Origin: Candidatus Magasanikiibacteriota bacterium
GTDB lineage: Bacteria > Patescibacteriota > Patescibacteriia > Magasanikbacterales > UBA922
Assembly: GCA_903837125.1 (NCBI GenBank)
Contig: CAILTG010000025.1
Location: 1,340-65,339, forward strand
Length of the DNA stretch: 64,000 bases
Direction: 5' to 3'
Below the pieces are notes generated by a model that did not search any database, had not been told where the DNA came from, and saw only the letters and a list, made by a program, of their open reading frames with translations. Position 1 is the stretch's first letter. Each line of letters begins with the position of its first letter. Below, piece by piece: positions 24,596 to 33,337 of this stretch. Both the position numbers and the translations under genes were made by a program.

Positions 24596-25369
24596 TTATG
24601 ATCTTTTGATTTTTAATTTTAAAAAGTAAGTTGTCCCCCAAATTATAAAAGGAATTGACAGCCACTGTCCAGCAGTTAGAAACCCTTCCCAAGAAGTTTG
24701 ATATTCTTTGGCAAATTCAATGAGAAAACGGATAGAAAAATATGTTAGCAAGAATAAATGGAAGAAGAAAAGCTGGGGTGTTTTTTTGGAATACTTTTTG
24801 TATAAAATATAAAGTATGAAGAATAAAGTGATTGAGGTTAGTGCTTCATAAATTTGGGTAGGATGCCTCAAAATTGGATTTTGTTCGTAGTGTGGAAAAT
24901 AAACGCCCCAAGGTAAATTAGTGGCACGACCGACAATTTCTGAATTGAAAAAATTTCCAATTCTAATAAAAGTTGCGAGTAGGGGAATGGGAATAATTAA
25001 AATATCCAAATAATTTTTAATATTAATTTTTTTTATTTTAGAAAAAATTAGTAATGATATTAAAAGTGCTAAAGTCATGCCGTGACTAGAAAGTCCTCCA
25101 TGGTTGACGAAGATCATTTCTAAGGGGTGAGAAAAATAATAAGCTGGTTCGTAAAATAAAATTTCTCCGAGTCGCGCACCAACCAGACCGCCGAGAATGA
25201 GCCAAACACCTAAATCCAGTGCTAAATCACCTGGATATTTTTTTTGTTTGAATAATTTATAAATAATCCAAACCGCTAAAATTACGCCAATGGCTAAAAA
25301 AAGGCCGTACCAGCGAATTGTAATAAAGTTAAAATGAAGTAGAACTGGGTTGAGATTGTCGGTAAACAT
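24596..25369 (-). CDS. lgt: Prolipoprotein diacylglyceryl transferase
   Basis: WYGLFLAIG, GARLG, HGGLSSHG and FPHYE...HPTQIYE motifs typical of Lgt; 7 TM helices. Confidence 0.85.
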   Translation of the reverse strand: MFTDNLNPVLLHFNFITIRWYGLFLAIGVILAVWIIYKLFKQKKYPGDLALDLGVWLILGGLVGARLGEILFYEPAYYFSHPLEMIFVNHGGLSSHGMTLALLISLLIFSKIKKINIKNYLDILIIPIPLLATFIRIGNFFNSEIVGRATNLPWGVYFPHYEQNPILRHPTQIYEALTSITLFFILYILYKKYSKKTPQLFFFHLFLLTYFSIRFLIEFAKEYQTSWEGFLTAGQWLSIPFIIWGTTYFLKLKIKRS

Positions 25370-25379
25370 AATTATTTTT

Positions 25380-26105
25380 TTAGGTAAAACGGGTAATGCA
25401 AAAAATGAAGATTACTCCCAAAATTGTTAAGCCAATTAGTTTATAAGAACTTTTTTCGCTATGGGCTTCTGGTAAAATATCACTGGCCCCAATGTAAAGT
25501 AAAAATCCAGCAAAGAAGCCAAGATAAAGCACTAAAAAGTGTGGCGAGACCTTAAAAAATAAAGTTGAGATGGCACCTAAAATTGGTGTGAGGGCGTCAA
25601 AAAGTAAAAATATTTTTGATTTTTTGGTGGTATTTTTGTTGGTTAACATTAAGGTTACGGTATTCATACCATCGGTAAAGTCATGTGAGATCACCGCGAT
25701 TGCCACTAAGAGACCAACAGCCGTATTAATTTGGAATCCCAGTCCAATACCCACTCCATCCATAAAACTGTGTCCGATTAAAGCCAAAGCCGATAAAATA
25801 CCAACTTGGGGATGTTTGTGTTCTTTGTAATCATTTTCATGATTATGATGGATTAAAATTGATTTTTCCAAAATATGAAAAAGTAAAAAACCAACAACTA
25901 AAGCAATCATGGCTTCAATTGGGTCAAAATTATTGTCGGCGATTTGTCTAATGATTTCTGGAAAAATATCAAAAGTTACCACGCCAAGCAACACTCCGGC
26001 CGCGAAGGCCATAATGGGATGAAGTTTGTCTTTGAATTTAATGGCAAATAAACCACCAAGAAGAGTTGAAAAAAAAGTTGCTAAAGTAAGAACTATTAAT
26101 TCCAT
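25380..26105 (-). CDS. ZIP-family zinc transporter (ZupT-like)
   Basis: ZIP signature HSFMDGVGIG and HDFTDG; His-rich loop HHNHENDYKEHKH; 8 TM helices. Confidence 0.8.
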   Translation of the reverse strand: MELIVLTLATFFSTLLGGLFAIKFKDKLHPIMAFAAGVLLGVVTFDIFPEIIRQIADNNFDPIEAMIALVVGFLLFHILEKSILIHHNHENDYKEHKHPQVGILSALALIGHSFMDGVGIGLGFQINTAVGLLVAIAVISHDFTDGMNTVTLMLTNKNTTKKSKIFLLFDALTPILGAISTLFFKVSPHFLVLYLGFFAGFLLYIGASDILPEAHSEKSSYKLIGLTILGVIFIFCITRFT

Positions 26106-26109
26106 ATAG

Positions 26110-26514
26110 TTATTGACAGGCCGAACAAAGGCCGGTTAAAATTAAAGAATGTTGAATGTTTTTAAAATTTTTAATTTTGGGAATTTTTGGTTCAGTTTTT
26201 ACACATTTAGTTTTGTGGCAACTGGTGCAAATTATGTGGTGATGATGATTTTCAATATCATTTTTTTCATAATATTGCTCGCCCGAAAGATTGATTACTG
26301 ATTTGATTAAATTTAATTCTGCCAAAATTTCTAAAGTGCGGTAAATAGAAACACGATCAATTTTTGGTAATTTTTTAATAAGTTGTTTGGCAGAAAAAAT
26401 ACCATCTTTTTTAATAATAAGAGCCAGGATTTTTTTTCTGGGGCCAGTGATATTATAGTGATTTTGTTTAAGTTGATCACTTAGTTGTTTGTTTGGCATA
26501 AAAAATAATTGCAA
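26110..26514 (-). CDS. zur: Fur-family metalloregulator, likely Zur (adjacent to ZIP zinc transporter)
   Basis: wHTH (RKKILALIIKKDGIFSAKQLIKKL...SIYRTLEIL) plus C-terminal HHHHIICTSCHKTKC and CSAC metal sites; divergent/adjacent to the ZIP transporter. Confidence 0.7.
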   Translation of the reverse strand: MQLFFMPNKQLSDQLKQNHYNITGPRKKILALIIKKDGIFSAKQLIKKLPKIDRVSIYRTLEILAELNLIKSVINLSGEQYYEKNDIENHHHHIICTSCHKTKCVKTEPKIPKIKNFKNIQHSLILTGLCSACQ

Positions 26515-26554
26515 TTCAGTTGCAATTATATTATAACTTAATTAACTTGTCAAG

Positions 26555-27328
26555 TTAGAGGTCTATTGCTAATTTTATGGGGCAGTGATCTGACCCTAAT
26601 ACCTGGTCAAGAATCTCGGCTTTGGATATTTTGTTTTTTAGATCTAAACTTACCACAAAATAATCAATCCGCCAGCCGGCATTTCTAATTCTGGCTCCAA
26701 AGCGGTAACTCCACCAAGTGTATTTAATTTCTTGGGGATGAAGAAAACGAAAAGTATCAATCATGTTTTGTTTTAAAAATTTGTCAAAGCTGTTTCTTTC
26801 TTCAATAGTAAAACCAGCATTTTGTTCATTTTCTTTAGGATTTTTTAAATCAATTTCAGTATGAGCCACATTAAAATCTCCTGTAAAAATTACTGGTTTT
26901 TTCTTTTCCAGTTTTTTGATATGCTGAAAAATTTTATCGTTAAATTCAATTTTGAAATCTAATCTTGATAAATCATGACGAGTGTTGGGGAAATAAGCAT
27001 TAACAAAGTAAAATTTTTCAAATTCAATAGTTTGTACTCGTCCCTCACTGTCAAAGTTATCATGGTTGAGCCCATTTATTTGTTTAATAATTTTTAAATT
27101 AGTTTTTTCTTTAATTAAAATAGCCGTACCAGCATAACCCGGTCTTTGTGCTGAATGCCAAATTTCAATATATCCGGGAAAATCCAATTCAGCTTTACCT
27201 CGGTCTTTATCAGCAATTTTCACTTCCTGCAAGGCCATAATATCCGGCTGGTATTTTTTTAGTACTTCTAAAAAGCCGTTTCTAAGAGCGGCACGGATGC
27301 CATTGACGTTCCAAGACATTAATAACAT
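26555..27328 (-). CDS. xth: Exodeoxyribonuclease III (AP endonuclease)
   Basis: MSWNVNGIRA...DIMALQEVK...GDFNVAHTEIDL...SDHCP canonical ExoIII motifs. Confidence 0.85.
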   Translation of the reverse strand: MLLMSWNVNGIRAALRNGFLEVLKKYQPDIMALQEVKIADKDRGKAELDFPGYIEIWHSAQRPGYAGTAILIKEKTNLKIIKQINGLNHDNFDSEGRVQTIEFEKFYFVNAYFPNTRHDLSRLDFKIEFNDKIFQHIKKLEKKKPVIFTGDFNVAHTEIDLKNPKENEQNAGFTIEERNSFDKFLKQNMIDTFRFLHPQEIKYTWWSYRFGARIRNAGWRIDYFVVSLDLKNKISKAEILDQVLGSDHCPIKLAIDL

Positions 27329-27525
27329 AAAAATTAAATACTAACAAAATACGATTAGAATATTAATAAAATATAACGTCATATTTGTTTTCATATTTTA
27401 TTTGTATTTTGGTTGTATTTGTAAAAATACAAAATTTAGTGATTGTAAATAGTTTGTATGATGTTATTTGGGTTAGGGGTTCTAATATTATAATAGTTGA
27501 AAAGTGACTATTTTGCAATAACAAT

Positions 27526-27569
27526 TGTATTTTTTTATGTGTATGTTGTTTGTTGTTTGTTTATCCACA
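27526..27569 (+). promoter_or_regulatory. Repeat element (TTGTATTTTTTTATGTGTAT..., 20-mer identical to 17768-17787) followed by perfect DnaA-box 9-mer TTATCCACA (27561-27569), in the divergent promoter region xth/27634
   Basis: Exact 20-mer TTGTATTTTTTTATGTGTAT shared with 17768-17787. TTATCCACA lies about 70 bp upstream of the 27634 ATG. Confidence 0.4.
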
Positions 27570-27633
27570 AGCTGGGTTGGCAAAGTTTACATAGTATGGT
27601 ATATTTTTCTAGTTAAAATTAAAATAAAAATAT

Positions 27634-28023
27634 ATGGCCGTAGAAAAATATCATGAAGTTAAAAAAGCTTTGTTGGATCATATACAGTCTTTGTTTGAAG
27701 AAATGGAAGAAGAATTGGCCTTATCTCACCAAGAAAAATATGCTTTGTTAGAGGACATTTTAAATGGTGCTTCTGATGAGGACGAGTTAAGGGTGGCTTT
27801 TGAACAATGGTATAATGAGCATGTTGATGAGATTGGTTGGGATTATAAAGTTGTAGAGTTATGGAATCAGGCTGTGGGTGATAAAGGTGTTGAAGTGGTG
27901 GAGGATGATGAAGAAGATAAAGATGAAGATGGTCCTGAGGAAGAGTTACCTGGTTTTGGATCTGATGAAGAAGACGAAGGTGATAAACGTAAGAATGATT
28001 TTAAAAATAGTGATGAGGATTAA
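27634..28023 (+). CDS. Small highly acidic hypothetical protein (Asp/Glu-rich C-terminal tail)
   Basis: 129 aa; C-terminus VEDDEEDKDEDGPEEELPGFGSDEEDEGDKRKNDFKNSDED; no homology assigned. Confidence 0.5.
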   Translation: MAVEKYHEVKKALLDHIQSLFEEMEEELALSHQEKYALLEDILNGASDEDELRVAFEQWYNEHVDEIGWDYKVVELWNQAVGDKGVEVVEDDEEDKDEDGPEEELPGFGSDEEDEGDKRKNDFKNSDED

Positions 28024-28063
28024 TTATGTGTGAATTTACGAATTATTAGTTAATGATTGGAGT

Positions 28064-28096
28064 GACTCACGACCGAGAGGGAGTGGGTCTTTTTTA
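28064..28096 (+). terminator. Intrinsic terminator after the acidic-protein gene
   Basis: GACTCAC-loop-GTGGGTC hairpin (one G-U) followed by TTTTTT. Confidence 0.5.
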
Positions 28097-28182
28097 ACTT
28101 GAAATATTGGTGGATTGTGGTATATTATTGAAGCAACAAGCTTATTGCTTAATCTGCTTATAAACCTAATTTGCTTAAAAAT

Positions 28183-29142
28183 ATGGATAGAAATTTAGCT
28201 TTGGAATTTGCTCGGGTAACTGAGGCAGCGGCGATAGCGGCAGCTAATTGGATGGGGCGAGGAGATAAAAAATCTGCTGATGGGGCGGCAGTTGATGCTA
28301 TGCGTGATCGGATGAAATATATTAATTTTTCCGGTAAAATTGTGATTGGTGAAGGTGAAAAAGATGAAGCTCCGGAATTATATATTGGTGAAAAATTAGG
28401 TACTGGCAAAGGTGAGGAATTGGATATTGCGGTTGATCCTTTGGAATGCACTGATAGTGTAGCCAACGGCGTTCCCAATGCCATGAGTGTAATTGCTACT
28501 GGCGATAAAGGTTCTTTGTTTCATGCCCCAGATATGTATATGGAAAAAATTGCTTGTGGCCATAAGGCCAAAGGGGCAATAAGTTTGGAGGCGACAGTTG
28601 CAGAAAATTTAAAAAATGTGGCTGGAAAATTAAGCAAAGAAGTCTCGGAATTAGTGGTAGTGGTTTTGGATCGTCCGCGCCATGAGGATTTGATTAAGCA
28701 AATTAGAACAGCTGGGGCTCGTGTTCGTCTTATCTCCGATGGTGATGTGGCCGGTGCAATTGCCCCCTCAGTTTGGGAATCAGGAATTGATTTGCTCATG
28801 GGGACAGGCGCTAGTGCCGAGGGAGTATTGGCCGCAATTGCCATTAAATGTTTGGGTGGTGAAATGCAATGCCGTTTAAAGCCAAAAGATGATAAACAAA
28901 TTAAGCGTCTTCAGGAAATGGGAATTAGTGATTATAATAAGATTTTAACTTTGGAAGATTTAGCCAAAGGTGATGATTTGAATTTTACGGCCACGGGTGT
29001 AATTGATGGTCCATTATTAAAAGGTGTGCGTTATACAGCTCATTATTGTATTACCCATTCAGTGGTCATGCGGGTAAAAAGTGGTACAATAAGATTTATG
29101 GAAACACATCATCGGTTGGATGAGAAGTTTTATAAGAATTAG
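28183..29142 (+). CDS. glpX: Fructose-1,6-bisphosphatase class II (GlpX)
   Basis: MDRNLALEFARVTEAAA...GRGDKKSADGAAVDAMR...IGEGEKDEAPELYIGEKLGTG collinear with GlpX. The ORF has an upstream ATG at 28171; homology favours 28183. Confidence 0.85.
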   Translation: MDRNLALEFARVTEAAAIAAANWMGRGDKKSADGAAVDAMRDRMKYINFSGKIVIGEGEKDEAPELYIGEKLGTGKGEELDIAVDPLECTDSVANGVPNAMSVIATGDKGSLFHAPDMYMEKIACGHKAKGAISLEATVAENLKNVAGKLSKEVSELVVVVLDRPRHEDLIKQIRTAGARVRLISDGDVAGAIAPSVWESGIDLLMGTGASAEGVLAAIAIKCLGGEMQCRLKPKDDKQIKRLQEMGISDYNKILTLEDLAKGDDLNFTATGVIDGPLLKGVRYTAHYCITHSVVMRVKSGTIRFMETHHRLDEKFYKN

Positions 29143-29235
29143 AACTTTTCTCTGCCAAGGGGGAGTACAGGAAGGGGTTTCGGCAATGGGATGTGATTAA
29201 GTAGGTAAAAGTATTAATTATTAAAAATTATCACT

Positions 29236-30228
29236 ATGACCGAATTAAATAAAATTGCTAGAGCATTGGTGGCTCCAAACAAAGGTATTTTGGCTGCCGA
29301 TGAAAGTACTGGTACAATCGGTAAACGATTTGCTAAAATCAATGTAGAAAATATTGAAGAAAATCGCCGAGCGTATCGTGAGTTGCTTTTTACTACTTTA
29401 AATATAAATGAGTATATTAGCGGGGCAATAATGTATGATGAAACTATTCGTCAGCGCGCAGGGAATGGCGAGACTTTTGTGGCAGTTTTGGAAAAACAAA
29501 ATATTTTGCCAGGGATTAAAGTTGATGAAGGCACTGAACCAATGGCAGATTCACCAGATGAAGTTATTGCTAAGGGCTTAGAAAATTTACCAGCTAGATT
29601 GCCAGAATATGTAAAAATGGGAGCAAAGTTTTGTAAATGGCGTGGGGTAATAAAAATTGGTGATAATATTCCGACCTCTAATTGTATTCAAATTAATGCC
29701 GAACGATTGGCTAAATATGCCGAATTATGCCAGGAAAATAATTTGGTCCCAATGCTTGAACCAGAAGTTTTAATGGACGGTAATCATACAATTGAGAAAT
29801 GTTTTGAAATAACAAAAAATGTTTTAAAAGTTGTTTTCGTAGAATTACAAAAAGTAGAAGTTGATTTGTCTGGCATAATTTTGAAACCAAATATGGTAAT
29901 TTCAGGGTCTGATTGTTCAGAACAAGCATCGGCCAAACAAGTAGCAGAAATGACTGTAAAATGTTTAAAAGAAACTGTGCCAGAAGATGTGGGCGGAATT
30001 ACTTTTTTGTCGGGTGGTCAAAGCGAGAAACAGGCTTGTGAAACTTTGAATGAAATTAATAAATTATCTGCTGATTGTCCTTGGGCTTTATCATTTTCTT
30101 ATGGTCGCGCTTTACAAACATCGACCTTGAAAACTTGGGGTGGAAAAGTTGAAAATTTTAAAGAAGCTCAGGAAACATTTTTAAAACAGGCAAAATTAGC
30201 GAGCCTGGCTAGAGAAGGAAACTTATGA
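29236..30228 (+). CDS. fba: Fructose-bisphosphate aldolase, class I
   Basis: Class I hallmark ILAADESTGT near the N-terminus; Schiff-base region IILKPNMV; 330 aa. Confidence 0.85.
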   Translation: MTELNKIARALVAPNKGILAADESTGTIGKRFAKINVENIEENRRAYRELLFTTLNINEYISGAIMYDETIRQRAGNGETFVAVLEKQNILPGIKVDEGTEPMADSPDEVIAKGLENLPARLPEYVKMGAKFCKWRGVIKIGDNIPTSNCIQINAERLAKYAELCQENNLVPMLEPEVLMDGNHTIEKCFEITKNVLKVVFVELQKVEVDLSGIILKPNMVISGSDCSEQASAKQVAEMTVKCLKETVPEDVGGITFLSGGQSEKQACETLNEINKLSADCPWALSFSYGRALQTSTLKTWGGKVENFKEAQETFLKQAKLASLAREGNL

Positions 30229-30767
30229 ACAAAATTGCCGAAGAATATTATGCTAAAAGTGAAGGTATTGTTAATTTAAGTTGGCAAGATGTGGAGCAGG
30301 ATGTTTTGGGTATAATTAAAAAAATGAAAGCTGATAATTTTGAACCGGAGGTAATTGTTTCCATTGCCCGTTCCGGGCTTATCCCTGCCGCGATGTTGGC
30401 TTATGTTTTGGGTAATAAAGAACTTTATGTAGTTAAAATTGATTTTTCCAAAACACAAAAATCTGGTAAAGATCAGGATCTAAATGATCGTCCAACTATC
30501 ACACAAGAATTAACCAAAGACATTCATGGTTTAAAAGTTTTAGTTGTGGACGAAATGGTAGTTTCAGGTTCCACTCTTAAATTAATGGATATGTACATGC
30601 ACATAAAAAATCCAGCTGAAGTTAAATATGCAGTACTTTATAAACAACCATGGGCCGGTTTTACTCCAGATTATTTTGGTCGGGAAATAAAAGAGTGGCC
30701 CTTGTATCCTTGGAAAGAATTAAAAAATAATGTGCTTGATCCACGAGCGGTGGTAGTTGAAAAATAG
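30225..30767 (+). CDS. Type I phosphoribosyltransferase, xanthine-guanine PRT (Gpt)-like
   Basis: PRPP-binding motif VLVVDEMVVSGSTL. Collinear with Gpt (SIARSGLIPAAMLAYVLG, YAVLYKQP, EWPLYPW). Confidence 0.65.
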   Translation: MNKIAEEYYAKSEGIVNLSWQDVEQDVLGIIKKMKADNFEPEVIVSIARSGLIPAAMLAYVLGNKELYVVKIDFSKTQKSGKDQDLNDRPTITQELTKDIHGLKVLVVDEMVVSGSTLKLMDMYMHIKNPAEVKYAVLYKQPWAGFTPDYFGREIKEWPLYPWKELKNNVLDPRAVVVEK

Positions 30768-30851
30768 TTTAATTTAATCTGTCTCATGTTGGGACAGATT
30801 TTTTGAAACTTTTATGTTGCTTCTTTCGTATATAATGATGCGGACAAAGAC

Positions 30852-30880
30852 TTGACAATAGAAAAAAATATCAGTATATT
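30852..30880 (+). promoter_or_regulatory. Sigma70-like promoter TTGACA-17-TATATT upstream of the KGG-repeat small gene
   Basis: TTGACA at 30852-30857, TATATT at 30875-30880. Confidence 0.5.
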
Positions 30881-30921
30881 ACTTATATTATACTTAATTA
30901 GTATGTTTTAATCTATTTTAT

Positions 30922-31098
30922 ATGATAAATAAGAAATCAAAACGTGGTTTAGCCAGCATGAGTGTGGAAAAAAGACGTAAAATTGCTAGTATGGGCGGTA
31001 AAGCCAGTCCAACCAATTTTAAAAATAGACCCTTAGCAGAACTAAAGGCAATCGCTAGAAAAGGTGGAAAAGCTTCTCGCGGTGGTAGAGGCAAGTAA
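30922..31098 (+). CDS. KGG-repeat general stress protein-like small protein (58 aa)
   Basis: MINKKSKRGLASMSVEKRRKIASMGGKASPTNFKNRPLAELKAIARKGGKASRGGRGK contains tandem (M/K)GGKAS motifs typical of KGG stress-induced proteins. Missed by the ORF track (under 60 aa). Confidence 0.5.
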   Translation: MINKKSKRGLASMSVEKRRKIASMGGKASPTNFKNRPLAELKAIARKGGKASRGGRGK

Positions 31099-31148
31099 TT
31101 TTGGCTTATTTTGGCTAAAAATTATGTTTTTTAATTAGTTATTTTGGG

Positions 31149-31204
31149 TTATCCACAGAAACTGTCGACGAAAAGTTGACAGTTTTTATTATCTTTATTA
31201 TACT
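31149..31204 (+). promoter_or_regulatory. Promoter/operator region of the TrmB-like gene: DnaA-box 9-mer TTATCCACA (31149-31157), palindrome CTGTCGAC-N5-GTTGACAG (31162-31182) overlapping -35 TTGACA (31176-31181), -10 TATACT (31199-31204)
   Basis: All motifs read directly; 17-nt spacer between TTGACA and TATACT. Confidence 0.5.
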
Positions 31205-31231
31205 AAATTGTAGCTATAATATTGACGAATT

Positions 31232-31966
31232 ATGGATATAGACCTATTAAAATCTTTGGGTTTTTCTGATAAGTCTGCCAAGATTTATTTGGCTTTGCTT
31301 AGTTTAGGTCCAAGCTCTGTGCGTAATTTGGCTGAATTTTGTAATTTGAATCGGGGGACTCTTTATGATAACCTTAAATGGCTTCAAGAAAAAGGAATAA
31401 TCACTTATTATCAAAAAGATACCAAACAGTATTTTGTAGCCGATGACCCGGACAGATTGAAACGACTGGTGGAAAACCAACAAAAAGAATTAAAGGAAGC
31501 AGAAATTAAATTAGAAAAAACTATACCCGAACTTCAAGCCTTGTATAATCGAGGAGGAGAGCGTCCGGTGGCCAGATATTATGAAAAAAAGGAAATAGGC
31601 CAAATTTTGGAAGATGTGCTGAATACTTGTGAAGAAACAGGTGAAAGTGAATATCGCATATATTCTGCGGCGGGGATTAGAGAATATTTATATAATAGTT
31701 TTGTCACTTTTAGTGATGTACGTATTGGGAAAAATATTGCCGTAAAAGTAATTGCCATGGGTGAGGGTGGTGAACTGCGCGGTTTGGATCAAAGAAAATG
31801 GTTAAAGGTGGAAAATGCCAATCCTACATATATAATTATTTATCCTGGCAAAACTGCTTATATTTCTTTAAATGCTAAAAAAGAGTTGGTGGGAGTGGTA
31901 ATAGAAAATGAGGGAATTTATCAAACACAAAAAATTATTTTTGAAGGGTTGTGGAATAAGTTGTAA
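31232..31966 (+). CDS. TrmB-family transcriptional regulator
   Basis: N-terminal HTH KSAKIYLALLSLGPSSVRNLAEFCNLNRGTLYDNLKWLQEKGII typical of TrmB; 244 aa. Confidence 0.7.
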   Translation: MDIDLLKSLGFSDKSAKIYLALLSLGPSSVRNLAEFCNLNRGTLYDNLKWLQEKGIITYYQKDTKQYFVADDPDRLKRLVENQQKELKEAEIKLEKTIPELQALYNRGGERPVARYYEKKEIGQILEDVLNTCEETGESEYRIYSAAGIREYLYNSFVTFSDVRIGKNIAVKVIAMGEGGELRGLDQRKWLKVENANPTYIIIYPGKTAYISLNAKKELVGVVIENEGIYQTQKIIFEGLWNKL

Positions 31967-31968
31967 TT

Positions 31969-32601
31969 ATGTTTATAATTGATTTTGATGACACTTTATT
32001 TAATACGCACGCTTATAAGCAAGCAAGGCTTAGGGCAATGAAGCGTTTGGGTGTGTTGCCAGAATTATTTTGGAAGACTTATGAACGAGCAAGAACCAAT
32101 GAAGATGGAATCTTTACTTATTCAGATATTAATCACGCCGAAATTTTAGGTTCACTTGGTTTTGATGAAGAAAAAATTTTTAAAGCTTTACAAAAGGTTA
32201 CCAATAAATTAGAGAATTATATATTTTCTGATGCCGAAATGTTTTTGGACAATTTAAAAAAAATTGGTGAACCTTTAATTTTGTTAAGTTTAGGTGACCC
32301 GGTTACACAGGAGGAAAAGGTTAAGAAAAGCGGTTTGGGAAAGTTTTTTGATCGGCGATTTTTAGTTAATACACCTAAAGAGGATATTTTAAAGGAATTG
32401 TTTAAGGGAAACTTAAATCAAGACGCCTGGTTTGTAAATGATAAGGTGGATGAAACTCAACAATTATTATTTACTTTTAAAAATTTGCGGGTAGTTTTCA
32501 AAATGTCTGAATCAATACCGCGTGAGGAATATCTAAAGAGTGGTTGGCCGTATTTTCCAAGTTTAAAAGAAATTTTAGCTTATATAAATAAATATGAATA
32601 A
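31969..32601 (+). CDS. HAD-superfamily hydrolase
   Basis: Motif I IIDFDDTLF (DxDxT) at the N-terminus; HAD-like length and layout. Confidence 0.55.
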   Translation: MFIIDFDDTLFNTHAYKQARLRAMKRLGVLPELFWKTYERARTNEDGIFTYSDINHAEILGSLGFDEEKIFKALQKVTNKLENYIFSDAEMFLDNLKKIGEPLILLSLGDPVTQEEKVKKSGLGKFFDRRFLVNTPKEDILKELFKGNLNQDAWFVNDKVDETQQLLFTFKNLRVVFKMSESIPREEYLKSGWPYFPSLKEILAYINKYE

Positions 32602-33337
32602 GTTTGCAGTAGTAATTTTAGCTGCTGGAAAAGGTAAAAGAATGAACAGTGATAAATTGAAGGTGATGCACGAGCTAAAAGGCAGACCTTTGGTAGATTA
32701 TGTAGTTTCTGCGGTTGAAGAATTAAAAATTGGTCTAAAACCGTTGGTAGTGGTTTGCGATGATGATGAAGTTGTGCAGAATTTTCTGGGAATCAGAGCA
32801 GAGTATGTGGTGCAAAAGAAAAGATTGGGTACTGGACACGCGGTTTTAATGGCCGAGCCCGTTTTAAAAGATTTGGCAGAAAATATTATTGTTCTTTATG
32901 GTGATATGCCGTTTATCACTACGGATTCTTTAAAAAAATTAATGGATAAACATTTAGCAGAAAATAGTAAATTAACTTTGTTAACTTGCAGGGTTGAGGA
33001 TTTTGAGGGTTTGCAGGCAAATTTATTTGATAATGGAAGAATTATTAGAGAGCCAGAGAAAAATTTTATTATTAAAATTGTTGAAAAAAAAGATGCTACA
33101 GCTGAACAATTAAAAATTAGAGAATTGAATACTGCTTTTTTTTGTTTTCAAGCCCCCTGGTTGTGGGAAAATTTGAAAAAAGTATCTAATAATAATGTTC
33201 AAGACGAATATTATTTAACCGATTTGGTAGAACTGGCTTTTATCCAAGGTGAAAAATTATCCTCGGTAACAATTGAATTCAAAGAAGCAATTGGTATTAA
33301 TACAATAGAGCATTTACAAATTGCTCATGAAATATAA
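32594..33337 (+). CDS. Sugar-phosphate nucleotidyltransferase (GlmU N-terminal-domain-like, no acetyltransferase domain)
   Basis: VILAAGKGKRM and GTGHAV motifs of the NTP-transferase fold; 247 aa. Confidence 0.7.
   Translation: MNKFAVVILAAGKGKRMNSDKLKVMHELKGRPLVDYVVSAVEELKIGLKPLVVVCDDDEVVQNFLGIRAEYVVQKKRLGTGHAVLMAEPVLKDLAENIIVLYGDMPFITTDSLKKLMDKHLAENSKLTLLTCRVEDFEGLQANLFDNGRIIREPEKNFIIKIVEKKDATAEQLKIRELNTAFFCFQAPWLWENLKKVSNNNVQDEYYLTDLVELAFIQGEKLSSVTIEFKEAIGINTIEHLQIAHEI

Noticed and set aside
13445-31157. Considered that the DnaA boxes mark the chromosomal origin
   Set aside because: Boxes are single and dispersed over about 30 kb, with no dnaA/dnaN neighbourhood and no clustered boxes or AT-rich DUE; more consistent with individual regulated promoters.
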